Positions 9,350-19,472 of a stretch of 64,000 bases of DNA are shown here, piece after piece. The notes beneath the pieces were generated by a model, which saw only the letters and a program-made list of their open reading frames with translations, did no database searches and was not told where the DNA came from. The translations under genes were made by a program, and so were the position numbers. Source of the DNA: a virus (Duplodnaviria > Caudoviricetes). The stretch spans positions 96,001 to 160,000 of IMG/VR virus record IMGVR_UViG_3300028048_000001, one strand, 5' to 3'. The stretch's first letter is position 1; every line of letters starts with the position of its first letter.

Positions 9350-10996
9350 ATGTTTGCACCCAATTATATGAATATGCAGCCTATGAATGGCTATGGGTTT
9401 AATAATATAACTAATAATTATGGTGGATATCCATTTGGATATCCACCTCAAATTGTAAATTCTGGATACAATATGTATCAGCAAAGAAATCCATACAATA
9501 ATTATGGAATTCCAAATACTATGAATGGAACATATTATCCAACAATGCAAATGCAAGAACAACAAATGTTGTTGCAAAATGGTGGATATTATGATAATAA
9601 TACAAATCAATTTATAACAAATGACAAACCTTTAAAATCCGGTCCCGATAATCCCCTTGAACAATATAGATATATTCCTGGTCAAAACACTGGATATGTA
9701 GAATTAGAAAAATCTGATGGTTCTAAAGATAAAGTGTATATTCCTGGTGGAACAATTACAAGACCAGGAGGATATAATCCAGCCACTGGAATGATTACTC
9801 AACCAATGGTTAGATATCCTGGATTAGAAAATATGACAAATGTTCCAAATTATGGTATGTTTAATGGTTCACAATATCCTATTCACATGTTACCAAATGG
9901 ATTTGGACAGAATTATTTTGGTAATTGTGTACAAGGATATTCTATGAATGAATTTGATAATTTTCTTAAAGAAATATTATATAGTGATGAGCCATATAAA
10001 TATTCAGCATTTGATGGAATTGAGATGTTAGAGAATATAATTTTAACAGATGCTGAAAGGGAGAAAATTAATCATAATAATAATGTATCTATAATTGGAA
10101 CAGATTATTATGGAAATCCTATTTATAATAATTATTATTTAGCAAATCAACAAAAGCAAGAAATTATAGAAAAAATTAGAAATAATGAAATAGAACATTA
10201 TACACGAATTTCTAAAGCTGTTCATGCATATGATGGAAAAGAATTTGATGAAGAAAAAGCTAGAGAAAGATTTGATCCAATGAGAAGATATAATCAATAT
10301 CAGCAAACTATTAATCAGCAAATGAAACCATTTAATATGTATACAGCTACAGAAAAAGAAAAGAAAGAATATTTTGAAAATATAAGAATTATAAATACAA
10401 ATAATCTTGTAAATCAAATTGAAAATTTTGATAGACAAATGGAGCAATTTAATAGATTTAGAGATATGATGAGATGTAAAATCAAAGAATCTCATGATAT
10501 TGCTCTTGGTATAAAACCAGGAGAACATTATAACCTTTCTACATTTTTAACGAATGCATATAAAATTGGAATTAATAATAAAATGCAAGAACTTAAATCG
10601 TTAAAAAGAAATGGTAAATTAAAATATAATTCTAATGATTATAAAAATGCTATATCTAGAAAGGTTAATAGAAATAATTTTATTAATAATACTCCAGATA
10701 TTGTAAGTACAAAAGATACAGAAGAATTAACTATAGAAAGTGCTTTAAGATCTGCTTATGACCATAATAGATCAGGAATGCCTATTCCTTTACCAGATCA
10801 TGGGCAATCATTAATGATCAGTTTTGGTGATGATAATTCAAAAAATAATGGAATTATGTATGAAGCTGGTAAAACTCAATTAAATGTATCAGCATATAAT
10901 GATAATCAGCTTGCTAGTAGATTAGAAGAAGTAAAACAAGAATTTTTAAAAAGAATGAATGAAAATAAAGTTAAAGCGATGGGGTATGCACAATGA
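9350..10996 (+). CDS. Protein with N/Q/Y/G/M/P-rich low-complexity N-terminus
   Basis: AAGGAG RBS; first ~90 aa nearly devoid of charged residues. Confidence 0.65.
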   Translation: MFAPNYMNMQPMNGYGFNNITNNYGGYPFGYPPQIVNSGYNMYQQRNPYNNYGIPNTMNGTYYPTMQMQEQQMLLQNGGYYDNNTNQFITNDKPLKSGPDNPLEQYRYIPGQNTGYVELEKSDGSKDKVYIPGGTITRPGGYNPATGMITQPMVRYPGLENMTNVPNYGMFNGSQYPIHMLPNGFGQNYFGNCVQGYSMNEFDNFLKEILYSDEPYKYSAFDGIEMLENIILTDAEREKINHNNNVSIIGTDYYGNPIYNNYYLANQQKQEIIEKIRNNEIEHYTRISKAVHAYDGKEFDEEKARERFDPMRRYNQYQQTINQQMKPFNMYTATEKEKKEYFENIRIINTNNLVNQIENFDRQMEQFNRFRDMMRCKIKESHDIALGIKPGEHYNLSTFLTNAYKIGINNKMQELKSLKRNGKLKYNSNDYKNAISRKVNRNNFINNTPDIVSTKDTEELTIESALRSAYDHNRSGMPIPLPDHGQSLMISFGDDNSKNNGIMYEAGKTQLNVSAYNDNQLASRLEEVKQEFLKRMNENKVKAMGYAQ

Positions 10997-12969
10997 AAGA
11001 ATCAGAAAGAGTGAATATCCTTGAAAAAATATTATTTTCTGGAACTATAACTCCTATTGAATTTGAATGGGAGCAATTATCTCCAGATGTTAATATATAT
11101 CAATTATTAACACAAGAAGATATAGATTATATGAAAAATATAATTACTTCTCCGAGATATGCTGGAAATTCTAGACTTAGACTTTCTAAACTAGATGAAG
11201 TAATGAAATTTAGAAATTTTATAAAATTCGCTGGTGGGACTAATAGAATAGTATATACTCATCCCTCAGCACCAAATATGGTATTTAAAGTAGCAGTAGA
11301 TGCTGTAGGAATTAGAGATAATCCATCGGAATATTATAATCAAAAATTATTAAAACCGTTTTGTACTAAAGTATTCCAATGTTCTTCTTGTGGAACTATA
11401 GCTTCATTTCAAAAAGTTGATAGAATTACAAGTGAAGAAGAATTTTTTAGTATTATAGACGATTATCTTTCTCTATTAGAAGTTTTAATAGATGGAAAGC
11501 ATATATATGATGATATTGGAACTAAATATTTCATGAATTATGGTATATGGAAAGGAAAAGGATTAGTTATTCTAGATTTTCCATATATGTATGAAATAGA
11601 TGGTAAAAAATTAATATGTAAAAACATACTAGATGATGGATCTATATGTAACGGTGATATAGATTATGATAAAGGTTTTAATACAATAATTTGTACAAAA
11701 TGTGGAAGAATATATAGAGCAGGAGACCTTGCAAAAACACCAGAAAGTGGAAGTTCAATAACAAAAATGAAAGGAGCAGCAAGAATGAAATTTAGTCTTA
11801 AAAGAGGAGATAAAGTAATTAAAACTTTCGAGACAGGTAATGAGGTTGAATATATTGTAAGAAGAGAAAATAATATTGCTAAAAAGAATGAAAAAAATAG
11901 AATATACAACAATGAACTTATCAAAGTTAAGAAAGTTATTAAAACAAACAATGAAACCATTAATTCTGTAGAAATTCCTAAAAATAAAACCAATACTGAA
12001 TCTTCTACAAATGATAAAGATAGTAAAGAAGAATCAGTGAAAAAAGTAGTTAAAACAATAGGTGTTAATCTTAAAAAAGAAAAAGAAAATAAAAAATCTA
12101 TTAATGGAATTAATACAGAACTTATTAAAGTTAAAAAGAAAATTAAAACAGATTCTTTTAAGAAATATAAAGTAAAAACAATTAATAATAAAAAGAAAAA
12201 TATTCTTGAAGAAAAAACAGAAAAACCTAAAGAAAAAGATACAGTGATTGAAAGGATTATTAAAGTATCTTTAGATGGTAATATAGATAATACAACAAAA
12301 ATTAATACAGAAAAAGATAACACTGTTAAAAGTGGTGTAATCAAAGTTAATAAAACAATAGCAATTCCTGAATCTGAAATCAAAAGATTTAGTAATAAAC
12401 CTTCTTTAATTTCATCAGAGAATAAAGATAATTCTGTAGTTATTGAAGAAGAAAAACAGGAAATTATTAATAATTCTAAACCTACAGAAGAAATTAAAGA
12501 AGAACAAATAGAAAATTATAATGAATCTATACCAATTTCTACTAAATCAGAAGATCAGATCAATACTGAATCTACAGATATAGAAGATAAAGATATTAAT
12601 AATGATAATGATAATAAAGATTCCTCTAATAATTTTTATTATGTAAAGTTTTTAAATCATATTCCTGATAAATCTGAGATTGAAAATGATTATATATATG
12701 CTATATATAAAGGATCAGAAAATTTTAAAGATCATATAGAATATATAGAAGATATTATGACTATTGATAGAAATCTTTATGATATTTATGGATCATTTGA
12801 TAATAAACTGTATTTGATTGATAATAAATATGATGAAGATGGTAATCTTATTTTCTTAGTAGATGAAGATTATGAAGAAAATAATATTGATGATGAAAAA
12901 GATATTGATAATGATATCATAGAAAATATTAAAAAGTCTGGAAAACCTAGCATTAATGATATATTATAA
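10993..12969 (+). CDS. Protein kinase-like domain + Zn finger + K/E/N-rich tail
   Basis: AGGTNRIVY, VFKVA, PSEY, YDDIG..MNYG, ILDFP motifs in kinase order; C..C..CTKC; ATGA overlap with the upstream gene. Confidence 0.55.
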   Translation: MKESERVNILEKILFSGTITPIEFEWEQLSPDVNIYQLLTQEDIDYMKNIITSPRYAGNSRLRLSKLDEVMKFRNFIKFAGGTNRIVYTHPSAPNMVFKVAVDAVGIRDNPSEYYNQKLLKPFCTKVFQCSSCGTIASFQKVDRITSEEEFFSIIDDYLSLLEVLIDGKHIYDDIGTKYFMNYGIWKGKGLVILDFPYMYEIDGKKLICKNILDDGSICNGDIDYDKGFNTIICTKCGRIYRAGDLAKTPESGSSITKMKGAARMKFSLKRGDKVIKTFETGNEVEYIVRRENNIAKKNEKNRIYNNELIKVKKVIKTNNETINSVEIPKNKTNTESSTNDKDSKEESVKKVVKTIGVNLKKEKENKKSINGINTELIKVKKKIKTDSFKKYKVKTINNKKKNILEEKTEKPKEKDTVIERIIKVSLDGNIDNTTKINTEKDNTVKSGVIKVNKTIAIPESEIKRFSNKPSLISSENKDNSVVIEEEKQEIINNSKPTEEIKEEQIENYNESIPISTKSEDQINTESTDIEDKDINNDNDNKDSSNNFYYVKFLNHIPDKSEIENDYIYAIYKGSENFKDHIEYIEDIMTIDRNLYDIYGSFDNKLYLIDNKYDEDGNLIFLVDEDYEENNIDDEKDIDNDIIENIKKSGKPSINDIL

Positions 12970-12998
12970 TAATGATATTATAAATAAGGAGGCTTATT

Positions 12999-13253
12999 AT
13001 GGCTTCAATAGAAATTAAAGATGACAAAATTGCTAATAATATTGATAAATATCCTAATGGAGAGAAAGTAGTTGGTGCTCAAACATTTGTAGTAAAAACT
13101 ACATTCTTAGGAGATGTATATATTAATGGTAGACATTATAGACAATTATGCTTTACTCCAAATCAAGTAGCTTTAGCTATTGAGGATTTTTTGAATGGTG
13201 AAGATTATGATGATGGAGAAGAAGAGCATAATATGAAGAATAAGGAAGAATAA
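12999..13253 (+). CDS. Hypothetical protein
   Basis: AAGGAGG RBS, operonic. Confidence 0.6.
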   Translation: MASIEIKDDKIANNIDKYPNGEKVVGAQTFVVKTTFLGDVYINGRHYRQLCFTPNQVALAIEDFLNGEDYDDGEEEHNMKNKEE

Positions 13254-13257
13254 TATT

Positions 13258-13968
13258 ATGACTATTTTAGGTACAGTTTATATTATAGATCCTACACAAA
13301 TAGATCTTCTAATATATAATTTATCTACTAATTTATCACCAGCTACTGGAATTGGTCCTAATAGACTTTTATGTATGGATATGGATGAAACTTCAGATGA
13401 TCTGGAAAAAGATTTTCCAGATCATTGTATAAAAGCTACATTATTATGTCCACCACCAATAGCGATGTATAAAGAAATAGACGGAGATCAAGAAGGATTT
13501 ATTAGAACTTATAATGAATATCTTGAATATGATTCTTCTGTACAAGAATTTATTACATCTATGCTGTATTTCTTACATACTGGTGGAAATATAATTTTAA
13601 GAATTCCTGCATATTTGGAAGACGATCCAATATGGGTTCATACATTAATTATATTCTTTTATACCAGATTTGGAATTACTATAGGAACTTCTCCACAGAA
13701 TCCTTTTAATTATGATACAAATTATGATAATGCAATAATTACATTGCTTTATCAAAGAAAAATGGTTGATGTATTTGATTTTATTAATTCTAATACGAAC
13801 ATTTTTCCAAACGGATTTCCTGCAGAATTATATAATCAAATAGTAGATGATTTAATGATCTTTTCAGGTCCGAATAATGATCCTATGGAATTATATGAAT
13901 TTATAAAAAGAAGTTATTTAGAAACAGGAATTCCTATAATTAAACCAGCAATTTATTTTGATAATTAA
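13258..13968 (+). CDS. Hypothetical protein
   Basis: Operonic ORF with AAGGA RBS. Confidence 0.6.
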   Translation: MTILGTVYIIDPTQIDLLIYNLSTNLSPATGIGPNRLLCMDMDETSDDLEKDFPDHCIKATLLCPPPIAMYKEIDGDQEGFIRTYNEYLEYDSSVQEFITSMLYFLHTGGNIILRIPAYLEDDPIWVHTLIIFFYTRFGITIGTSPQNPFNYDTNYDNAIITLLYQRKMVDVFDFINSNTNIFPNGFPAELYNQIVDDLMIFSGPNNDPMELYEFIKRSYLETGIPIIKPAIYFDN

Positions 13969-13980
13969 GGAGAATATTAT

Positions 13981-14481
13981 ATGTTAATATTTGGTCCTTA
14001 TAGAGCAATACCAGATGATACTTTTGTAATATTTAATTTATCATCACAAAACCAGGCAATTGAAAGATTGCCTGGTTTGATAAATATGCCAAATACAGCT
14101 ATTGGTAATCCATATACACCAGCAGAATATGAATATGCTTTTGATTTATGGTATTATGATTATGTATTAAATGATCCGATAGCTTGTTCATCTTTAATGA
14201 TGATATTAGATAAAATATATGAAGGATATAAAGTATATATATGCATATCTGATTATTCTTATGATAATGGAATATCAATGATAAATGAATCATTTATGAA
14301 ATTAATTCAAACAAGATATGATATAAAATATTCTGTTATAAATGAAAAAGAAGATTATTTATATATTCCTCAAGATGGTTGTGATTTTATGTCAGTACAA
14401 GGTATAATAACTTTTGATGAAGATAGAAAAAGATTTATGCAGATTTGTGAAGAGAATAGAATATTATCTGGGGGAAATTAA
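13981..14481 (+). CDS. Hypothetical protein
   Basis: AAGGAG RBS, operonic. Confidence 0.6.
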   Translation: MLIFGPYRAIPDDTFVIFNLSSQNQAIERLPGLINMPNTAIGNPYTPAEYEYAFDLWYYDYVLNDPIACSSLMMILDKIYEGYKVYICISDYSYDNGISMINESFMKLIQTRYDIKYSVINEKEDYLYIPQDGCDFMSVQGIITFDEDRKRFMQICEENRILSGGN

Positions 14482-14483
14482 AA

Positions 14484-14732
14484 ATGTCAGCAGAAATTGT
14501 AGAGCATGGCAAATTATCAAAAGAAAGAAATAAATTTATTTATTTTGAGTGTCAAAATCCAAAATGTGAATGTAAATTTAAAATAAGGGATAATGATGAA
14601 GATTTAAATATTATTACAACAAGATATGGTTTTTTTCTTAAAAAAAGAAGAATCGAATATTGCTATCGTTGCCCTGAGTGTATGGAATTAGCTAAAGTTA
14701 TAGAATTACCAGACGAATATGATGATATATAA
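14484..14732 (+). CDS. Small zinc-ribbon protein
   Basis: CQNPKC...CPEC. Confidence 0.6.
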   Translation: MSAEIVEHGKLSKERNKFIYFECQNPKCECKFKIRDNDEDLNIITTRYGFFLKKRRIEYCYRCPECMELAKVIELPDEYDDI

Positions 14733-14744
14733 AAGGAGGATAAT

Positions 14745-15206
14745 ATGAATATCACATTAAATGTAGACGAAAAATTATTTGATGAAGGTGGTATTGGTGA
14801 AGCCATTAAAGATGCTTTTATAAACATGCCTATGGAAGAAAAATCATCCGTAATGAAAGAAATTTTAAAACAATATCTTCTTGATAGTGGTTTTATTAAA
14901 AGATATTTTGTAGAAAATAAAAGTTTTAGTTCTTGGGGAACATATAAAACAGAAGAAGCTCCAACAGCAGAATTTAGAAAATTAATTTCTACTATTGATT
15001 TCTCTGAAGAGATGGATGATGTTAAAAAAATATTTGAAGAAGTTATTAAAAATGATTTAAAAGAACAAGTTATCAAACTTATGGTAGATAGCTATGTAAA
15101 TACTATAGCGAATACTCTATTTGATAGTAGTTCAGAATTTAGAGTTAGATTATCACAAAATATTTTTTCTATAGTTATTAACCAAATGAATAAAAGCAAA
15201 ACTTAA
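14745..15206 (+). CDS. Hypothetical protein
   Basis: AAGGAGG RBS. Confidence 0.6.
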   Translation: MNITLNVDEKLFDEGGIGEAIKDAFINMPMEEKSSVMKEILKQYLLDSGFIKRYFVENKSFSSWGTYKTEEAPTAEFRKLISTIDFSEEMDDVKKIFEEVIKNDLKEQVIKLMVDSYVNTIANTLFDSSSEFRVRLSQNIFSIVINQMNKSKT

Positions 15207-15227
15207 GAAAACTTAAGGTATATAAAA

Positions 15228-16040
15228 ATGACTTCTAGTCTATGGAGAAATATAAATTATAAGACACCGATAAAATATTATATAAATACTTATATTAGAG
15301 AATATGATTTATCTAAAGCAAATATAAATGCTTTGTTATATCAAAAAAGAATATCTAAATCTGAATATGATAATTTCTATTCTATGGATAAAAAAGAAAG
15401 AGAAGTTATTATAGGAAAAATGATATCTAAAGATAGAACAATATATCAAGATATTCAATCTGGTATAAAAGAAGCAAAAAGAAAATTATTTTTAACAAAT
15501 AATATAGAAGATATAGATATTGTATCTATTAAAAATGATGCAGTATTTATAGTAGGAAAATATTTACAAAATACAGAATTTCCACCTTTTAATTTTGTAA
15601 TAAAAAATGAATATAATATATTTTTACAATTACAGGAATTAGAAATATATTATTCTGATTCTATAGATAATAGCGGATATAATATAAATATAGATGTAAA
15701 AGGGATTGGAGATAATAATTTATTATTACATCAAAATGGAATGTTAGATTTAATTTGTGAAGTTTGCAGAAAATTACAAAGAGAACCTGTAGAAGAAACA
15801 ATGAATTATGTTTCTGTTATGTATAATAAATTTATAAATAGAGAATTAAATAAAGAATATTATAGAAATTTTGATTCATTCTCTATGTATATAATTCCTA
15901 CTTTTATGCAGTTTATACAAGTTCCAGATATATCTGAAGATATGAAATATGCTGTAGATATAAATAGAAATTTAAGTATAATGAGAAATTTAGTAGGTAT
16001 AATATCAGATATTTATAGACAAAAAAGGAGAAGAGGATAA
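15228..16040 (+). CDS. Possible small palm-domain polymerase-like protein
   Basis: REYDLSKAN (motif A-like), SIKNDAVF (motif C-like), DVKGIG. Confidence 0.4.
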   Translation: MTSSLWRNINYKTPIKYYINTYIREYDLSKANINALLYQKRISKSEYDNFYSMDKKEREVIIGKMISKDRTIYQDIQSGIKEAKRKLFLTNNIEDIDIVSIKNDAVFIVGKYLQNTEFPPFNFVIKNEYNIFLQLQELEIYYSDSIDNSGYNINIDVKGIGDNNLLLHQNGMLDLICEVCRKLQREPVEETMNYVSVMYNKFINRELNKEYYRNFDSFSMYIIPTFMQFIQVPDISEDMKYAVDINRNLSIMRNLVGIISDIYRQKRRRG

Positions 16041-16142
16041 TCCTCTTCTCTTTTTAATTTTATTTTTAAAAAATAATATTCTTGAATAAATATTATAATA
16101 ATGAAATAAAGGATAATATTTATTATTTTAAGGAGGATAAAT

Positions 16143-17279
16143 ATGAATAATTTAAATCTTGATGTTGATATTAAAAGTTTTGATATTTCTCAAATTTCAC
16201 AAATTTATGTTGGAATTTCAAAAAAAATAGATGTATCTATATATGCTGATCCTAAGTTTGATAGTGATCAAATGCATCAAATTCGTCTTGGTTTAGAAGA
16301 TAAATTAGATATATCTATTTATGCTGATCCTAAGTTTAGATGTGATCAAATGCATCAAATTCGTCTTGGCTTGAAAAATGGATTAAATGTTTCTATTTAT
16401 GCTGATCCTAAATTTGATGCTTATCAAATGAGTCAAATTTATATTGGTTTGAAAGATAGATTAGATGCATCTATATATGCTGATTCTGAATTTAAATACT
16501 TTCAAATGGATGAAATCCGTCTTGGTTTAAAAGATGGATTGGACGTTTCTATTTATGCTGATCCTAAATTTGACTGTTCTCAAATGCATCAAATATATCT
16601 TGGTTTAAAAGATGAATTGAATGTATCTATTTATGCTGATCCTAAATTTGACTTCTTTCAAATGAATGAAATCCGTCTTGGTTTAAAAGATGGATTAGAC
16701 GTTTCTATTTATGCTGATCCTAAATTTGACTGTTCTCAAATGCATCAAATATATCTTGGTTTAAAAGATGAATTGAATGTATCTATTTATGCTGATCCTA
16801 AATTTGACTTCTTTCAAATGAATGAAATCCGTCTTGGTTTAAAAGATGGATTAGATATATCTACCTATGCTGATCCTAAGTTTGATTGGGAACAGATGGA
16901 TGAAATTCGTATTGGATTAGAGGATAGATTAGATGCATCTATTTATGCTGATCCTAAATTTAATAATTATCAAATGAGTCAAATTCGTCTTGGTTTAAAA
17001 CATGGATTAGATGTATCTATTTATGCTGATCCTAAATTTAGTGACGATCAAATGAATGAAATCCGTCTTGGTTTAAAAGATGGATTAGATATATCTACCT
17101 ATGCTGATCCTAAGTTTGATTGGGAACAGATGGATGAAATTCGTCTTGGTTTGAAAGATGGATTAGATGTATCTATTTATGCTGATCCTGAATTTAGCAG
17201 TCTTAAAATGAATCAAATCCGTCTTGATTTGAAAGAAGGATTGTATATATCTATATATACTGATCCTAAATTTAATTAA
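16143..17279 (+). CDS. 26-aa helical repeat protein, copy 1 (13 repeats + cap)
   Basis: GLKDGLDVSIYADPKFxxxQMxxIRL repeats; AAGGAGG RBS; early motif at 16087. Confidence 0.85.
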   Translation: MNNLNLDVDIKSFDISQISQIYVGISKKIDVSIYADPKFDSDQMHQIRLGLEDKLDISIYADPKFRCDQMHQIRLGLKNGLNVSIYADPKFDAYQMSQIYIGLKDRLDASIYADSEFKYFQMDEIRLGLKDGLDVSIYADPKFDCSQMHQIYLGLKDELNVSIYADPKFDFFQMNEIRLGLKDGLDVSIYADPKFDCSQMHQIYLGLKDELNVSIYADPKFDFFQMNEIRLGLKDGLDISTYADPKFDWEQMDEIRIGLEDRLDASIYADPKFNNYQMSQIRLGLKHGLDVSIYADPKFSDDQMNEIRLGLKDGLDISTYADPKFDWEQMDEIRLGLKDGLDVSIYADPEFSSLKMNQIRLDLKEGLYISIYTDPKFN

Positions 17280-17420
17280 AAAATAAAGATATTTAAATTA
17301 AAATTATAGATAAAGAAAATAGGGATTAATCCCTATTTTCTTTTTTATTTTTTAATTAATAATTATAATAATAGAATAGAAGATAGATAATAATTTTATT
17401 TACAATTTTATAAAATGGAG
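17270..17420 (+). repeat. Duplicated intergenic cassette (terminator + promoter + RBS); second copy at ~18459..18600
   Basis: TAGATAAAGAAAATAGGGATTAATCCCTATTTTCTTTTTTATTTTT present in both spacers. Confidence 0.9.
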
Positions 17421-17426
17421 GAAAAT

Positions 17427-18458
17427 ATGAATAATTTAAATCTTAATATTGGACTTTTTAGTTTGAGTCAGATAGAAGTGATTTATCGTGGTCTTGAAGA
17501 AGGATTAGATGTATCTATATATGCTGATCCTAAGTTTGATAATGATCAGATGGAAATAATTCGTTATGGACTTAAAGATGGATTAGATGTATCTATATAT
17601 GCTGATCCTAAATTTAACTGGGAACAGATGGATGAAATCCGTCTTGGTTTAAAAGATGGATTAGATACATCTATTTATACAAATCCTAAGTTTGATTGGG
17701 ATCAGATGGAAACAATTTATCGTGGACTTAAAGATGGATTAGATGTATCGATCTATGCTGATCCTAAATTTGACTGCTCTCAAATGTATCAAATTCGTCT
17801 TGGATTAGAAGATAAATTAGATGTATCTATTTATGCTGATCCTAAGTTTGATAGTTATCAAATGAGTCAAATTCGTTTTGGTTTGAAAGATAAATTAGAT
17901 GTATCTATCTATGCTGATCCTGAATTTAAATACTTTCAAATGGATGAAATTCGTCTTGGTTTAAAAGATGGATTAGATGTATCTATTTATGCTGATCCTA
18001 AATTTAGTGGTATTAAAATGTATCAAATCCGTCTTGGGTTAGAAGATGGATTAGACGTATCTATTTATGCTGATCCCAAGTTTGATTGGGAACAGATGGA
18101 TGAAATTCATCTTGGTTTGAAAGATGGGGTAGATGTATCTATCTATGCTGATCCTGAATTTAATTGGGAACAGATGGATGAAATCCGTCTTGGATTAGAG
18201 GATGGATTAGATGTATCTGTTTATGCTAATCCTAAGTTTAATAATGATCAAATGGAAATAATTCGTTATGGTCTTAAAGATAGATTGGACGTATCTATAT
18301 ATATTGATACTAAGTTTAATTATAGTCAGATGAGAGAAATTTATCGTGGCCTTAGAGATGGATTAGACGTATCTATTTATGCTAATCCTAAGTTTGATAG
18401 TAATCAAATGGAAATAATTCGTTATGGTCTTGAAAGTAGATATTTATGGTGTTTCTAA
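17427..18458 (+). CDS. 26-aa helical repeat protein, copy 2 (12 repeats + cap)
   Basis: Same repeat; ATG 17427 after GGAGG. Confidence 0.85.
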   Translation: MNNLNLNIGLFSLSQIEVIYRGLEEGLDVSIYADPKFDNDQMEIIRYGLKDGLDVSIYADPKFNWEQMDEIRLGLKDGLDTSIYTNPKFDWDQMETIYRGLKDGLDVSIYADPKFDCSQMYQIRLGLEDKLDVSIYADPKFDSYQMSQIRFGLKDKLDVSIYADPEFKYFQMDEIRLGLKDGLDVSIYADPKFSGIKMYQIRLGLEDGLDVSIYADPKFDWEQMDEIHLGLKDGVDVSIYADPEFNWEQMDEIRLGLEDGLDVSVYANPKFNNDQMEIIRYGLKDRLDVSIYIDTKFNYSQMREIYRGLRDGLDVSIYANPKFDSNQMEIIRYGLESRYLWCF

Positions 18459-18602
18459 GTTTAATTGAAAAACAAATACATTTAAATTGAAATGTAGATA
18501 AAGAAAATAGGGATTAATCCCTATTTTCTTTTTTATTTTTAATTATATATTATAATATTGAAATAAAAGATAAATAATAATTTTATAAAATGGAGGAAAA
18601 AT

Positions 18603-19316
18603 ATGAATGATTTAAATCTTAATATTGGACTTTTTAGTTTGAGTCAGATAGAAGTAATTTATCGTGGTCTTGAAGAAGGATTAGATGTATCTATATACGC
18701 TAATCCTAAGTTTGATGTTTTTCAAATGGGAGCAATTTATCGTGGACTTAAAGATGGATTAGATGTATCGATCTATGCTGATCCTAAATTTGACTGCTCT
18801 CAAATGTATCAAATTCGTCTTGGATTAGAAGATAAATTAGATGTATCGATCTATGCTGATCCTAAGTTTGATAGTTATCAAATGAGTCAAATTCGTTATG
18901 GTCTTAAAGATGGATTAGATGTATCTATATACGCTGATCCTAAGTTTGATAGTGATCAAATGGAAATAATTCGTTATGGTCTTAAAGATAAATTGGATGT
19001 ATCTATCTATGCCGATCCTAAGTTTGATTGGGAACAGATGGATGAAATTCGTCTTGGATTAAAGGATGGATTGGATACATCTATTTATACTGATCCTAAG
19101 TTTGATTGGGATCAGATGGAAATAATTCGTTATGGTCTTAAAGATGAATTAGATGTATCTGCTTATGCTAATCCCAAATTTAACTGGGAACAGATGGATG
19201 AAATCCGTCTTGGTCTAAAAGATGGATTAGATGTATCTGTTTATGCTAATCCTAAGTTTGATAATGATCAGATGAAAATAATTCGCTATGGCATTAAAGG
19301 TAAATATTTACGGTGA
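18603..19316 (+). CDS. 26-aa helical repeat protein, copy 3 (8 repeats + cap)
   Basis: Same repeat; leader nearly identical to copy 2; early motif at 18544. Confidence 0.85.
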   Translation: MNDLNLNIGLFSLSQIEVIYRGLEEGLDVSIYANPKFDVFQMGAIYRGLKDGLDVSIYADPKFDCSQMYQIRLGLEDKLDVSIYADPKFDSYQMSQIRYGLKDGLDVSIYADPKFDSDQMEIIRYGLKDKLDVSIYADPKFDWEQMDEIRLGLKDGLDTSIYTDPKFDWDQMEIIRYGLKDELDVSAYANPKFNWEQMDEIRLGLKDGLDVSVYANPKFDNDQMKIIRYGIKGKYLR

Positions 19317-19472
19317 TTCTAAGTTTGATAGTGATCAAATGAATATAATCCGTAGTAGTTTTGATAGATGATTAAATGCATATGTGTATCTTAAGTTTGA
19401 TTAATTGAAAAACAAATACATTTAAATTCTATTTTTAATTAGATAATTTAAAATTAAAGGAGGATATAAATT

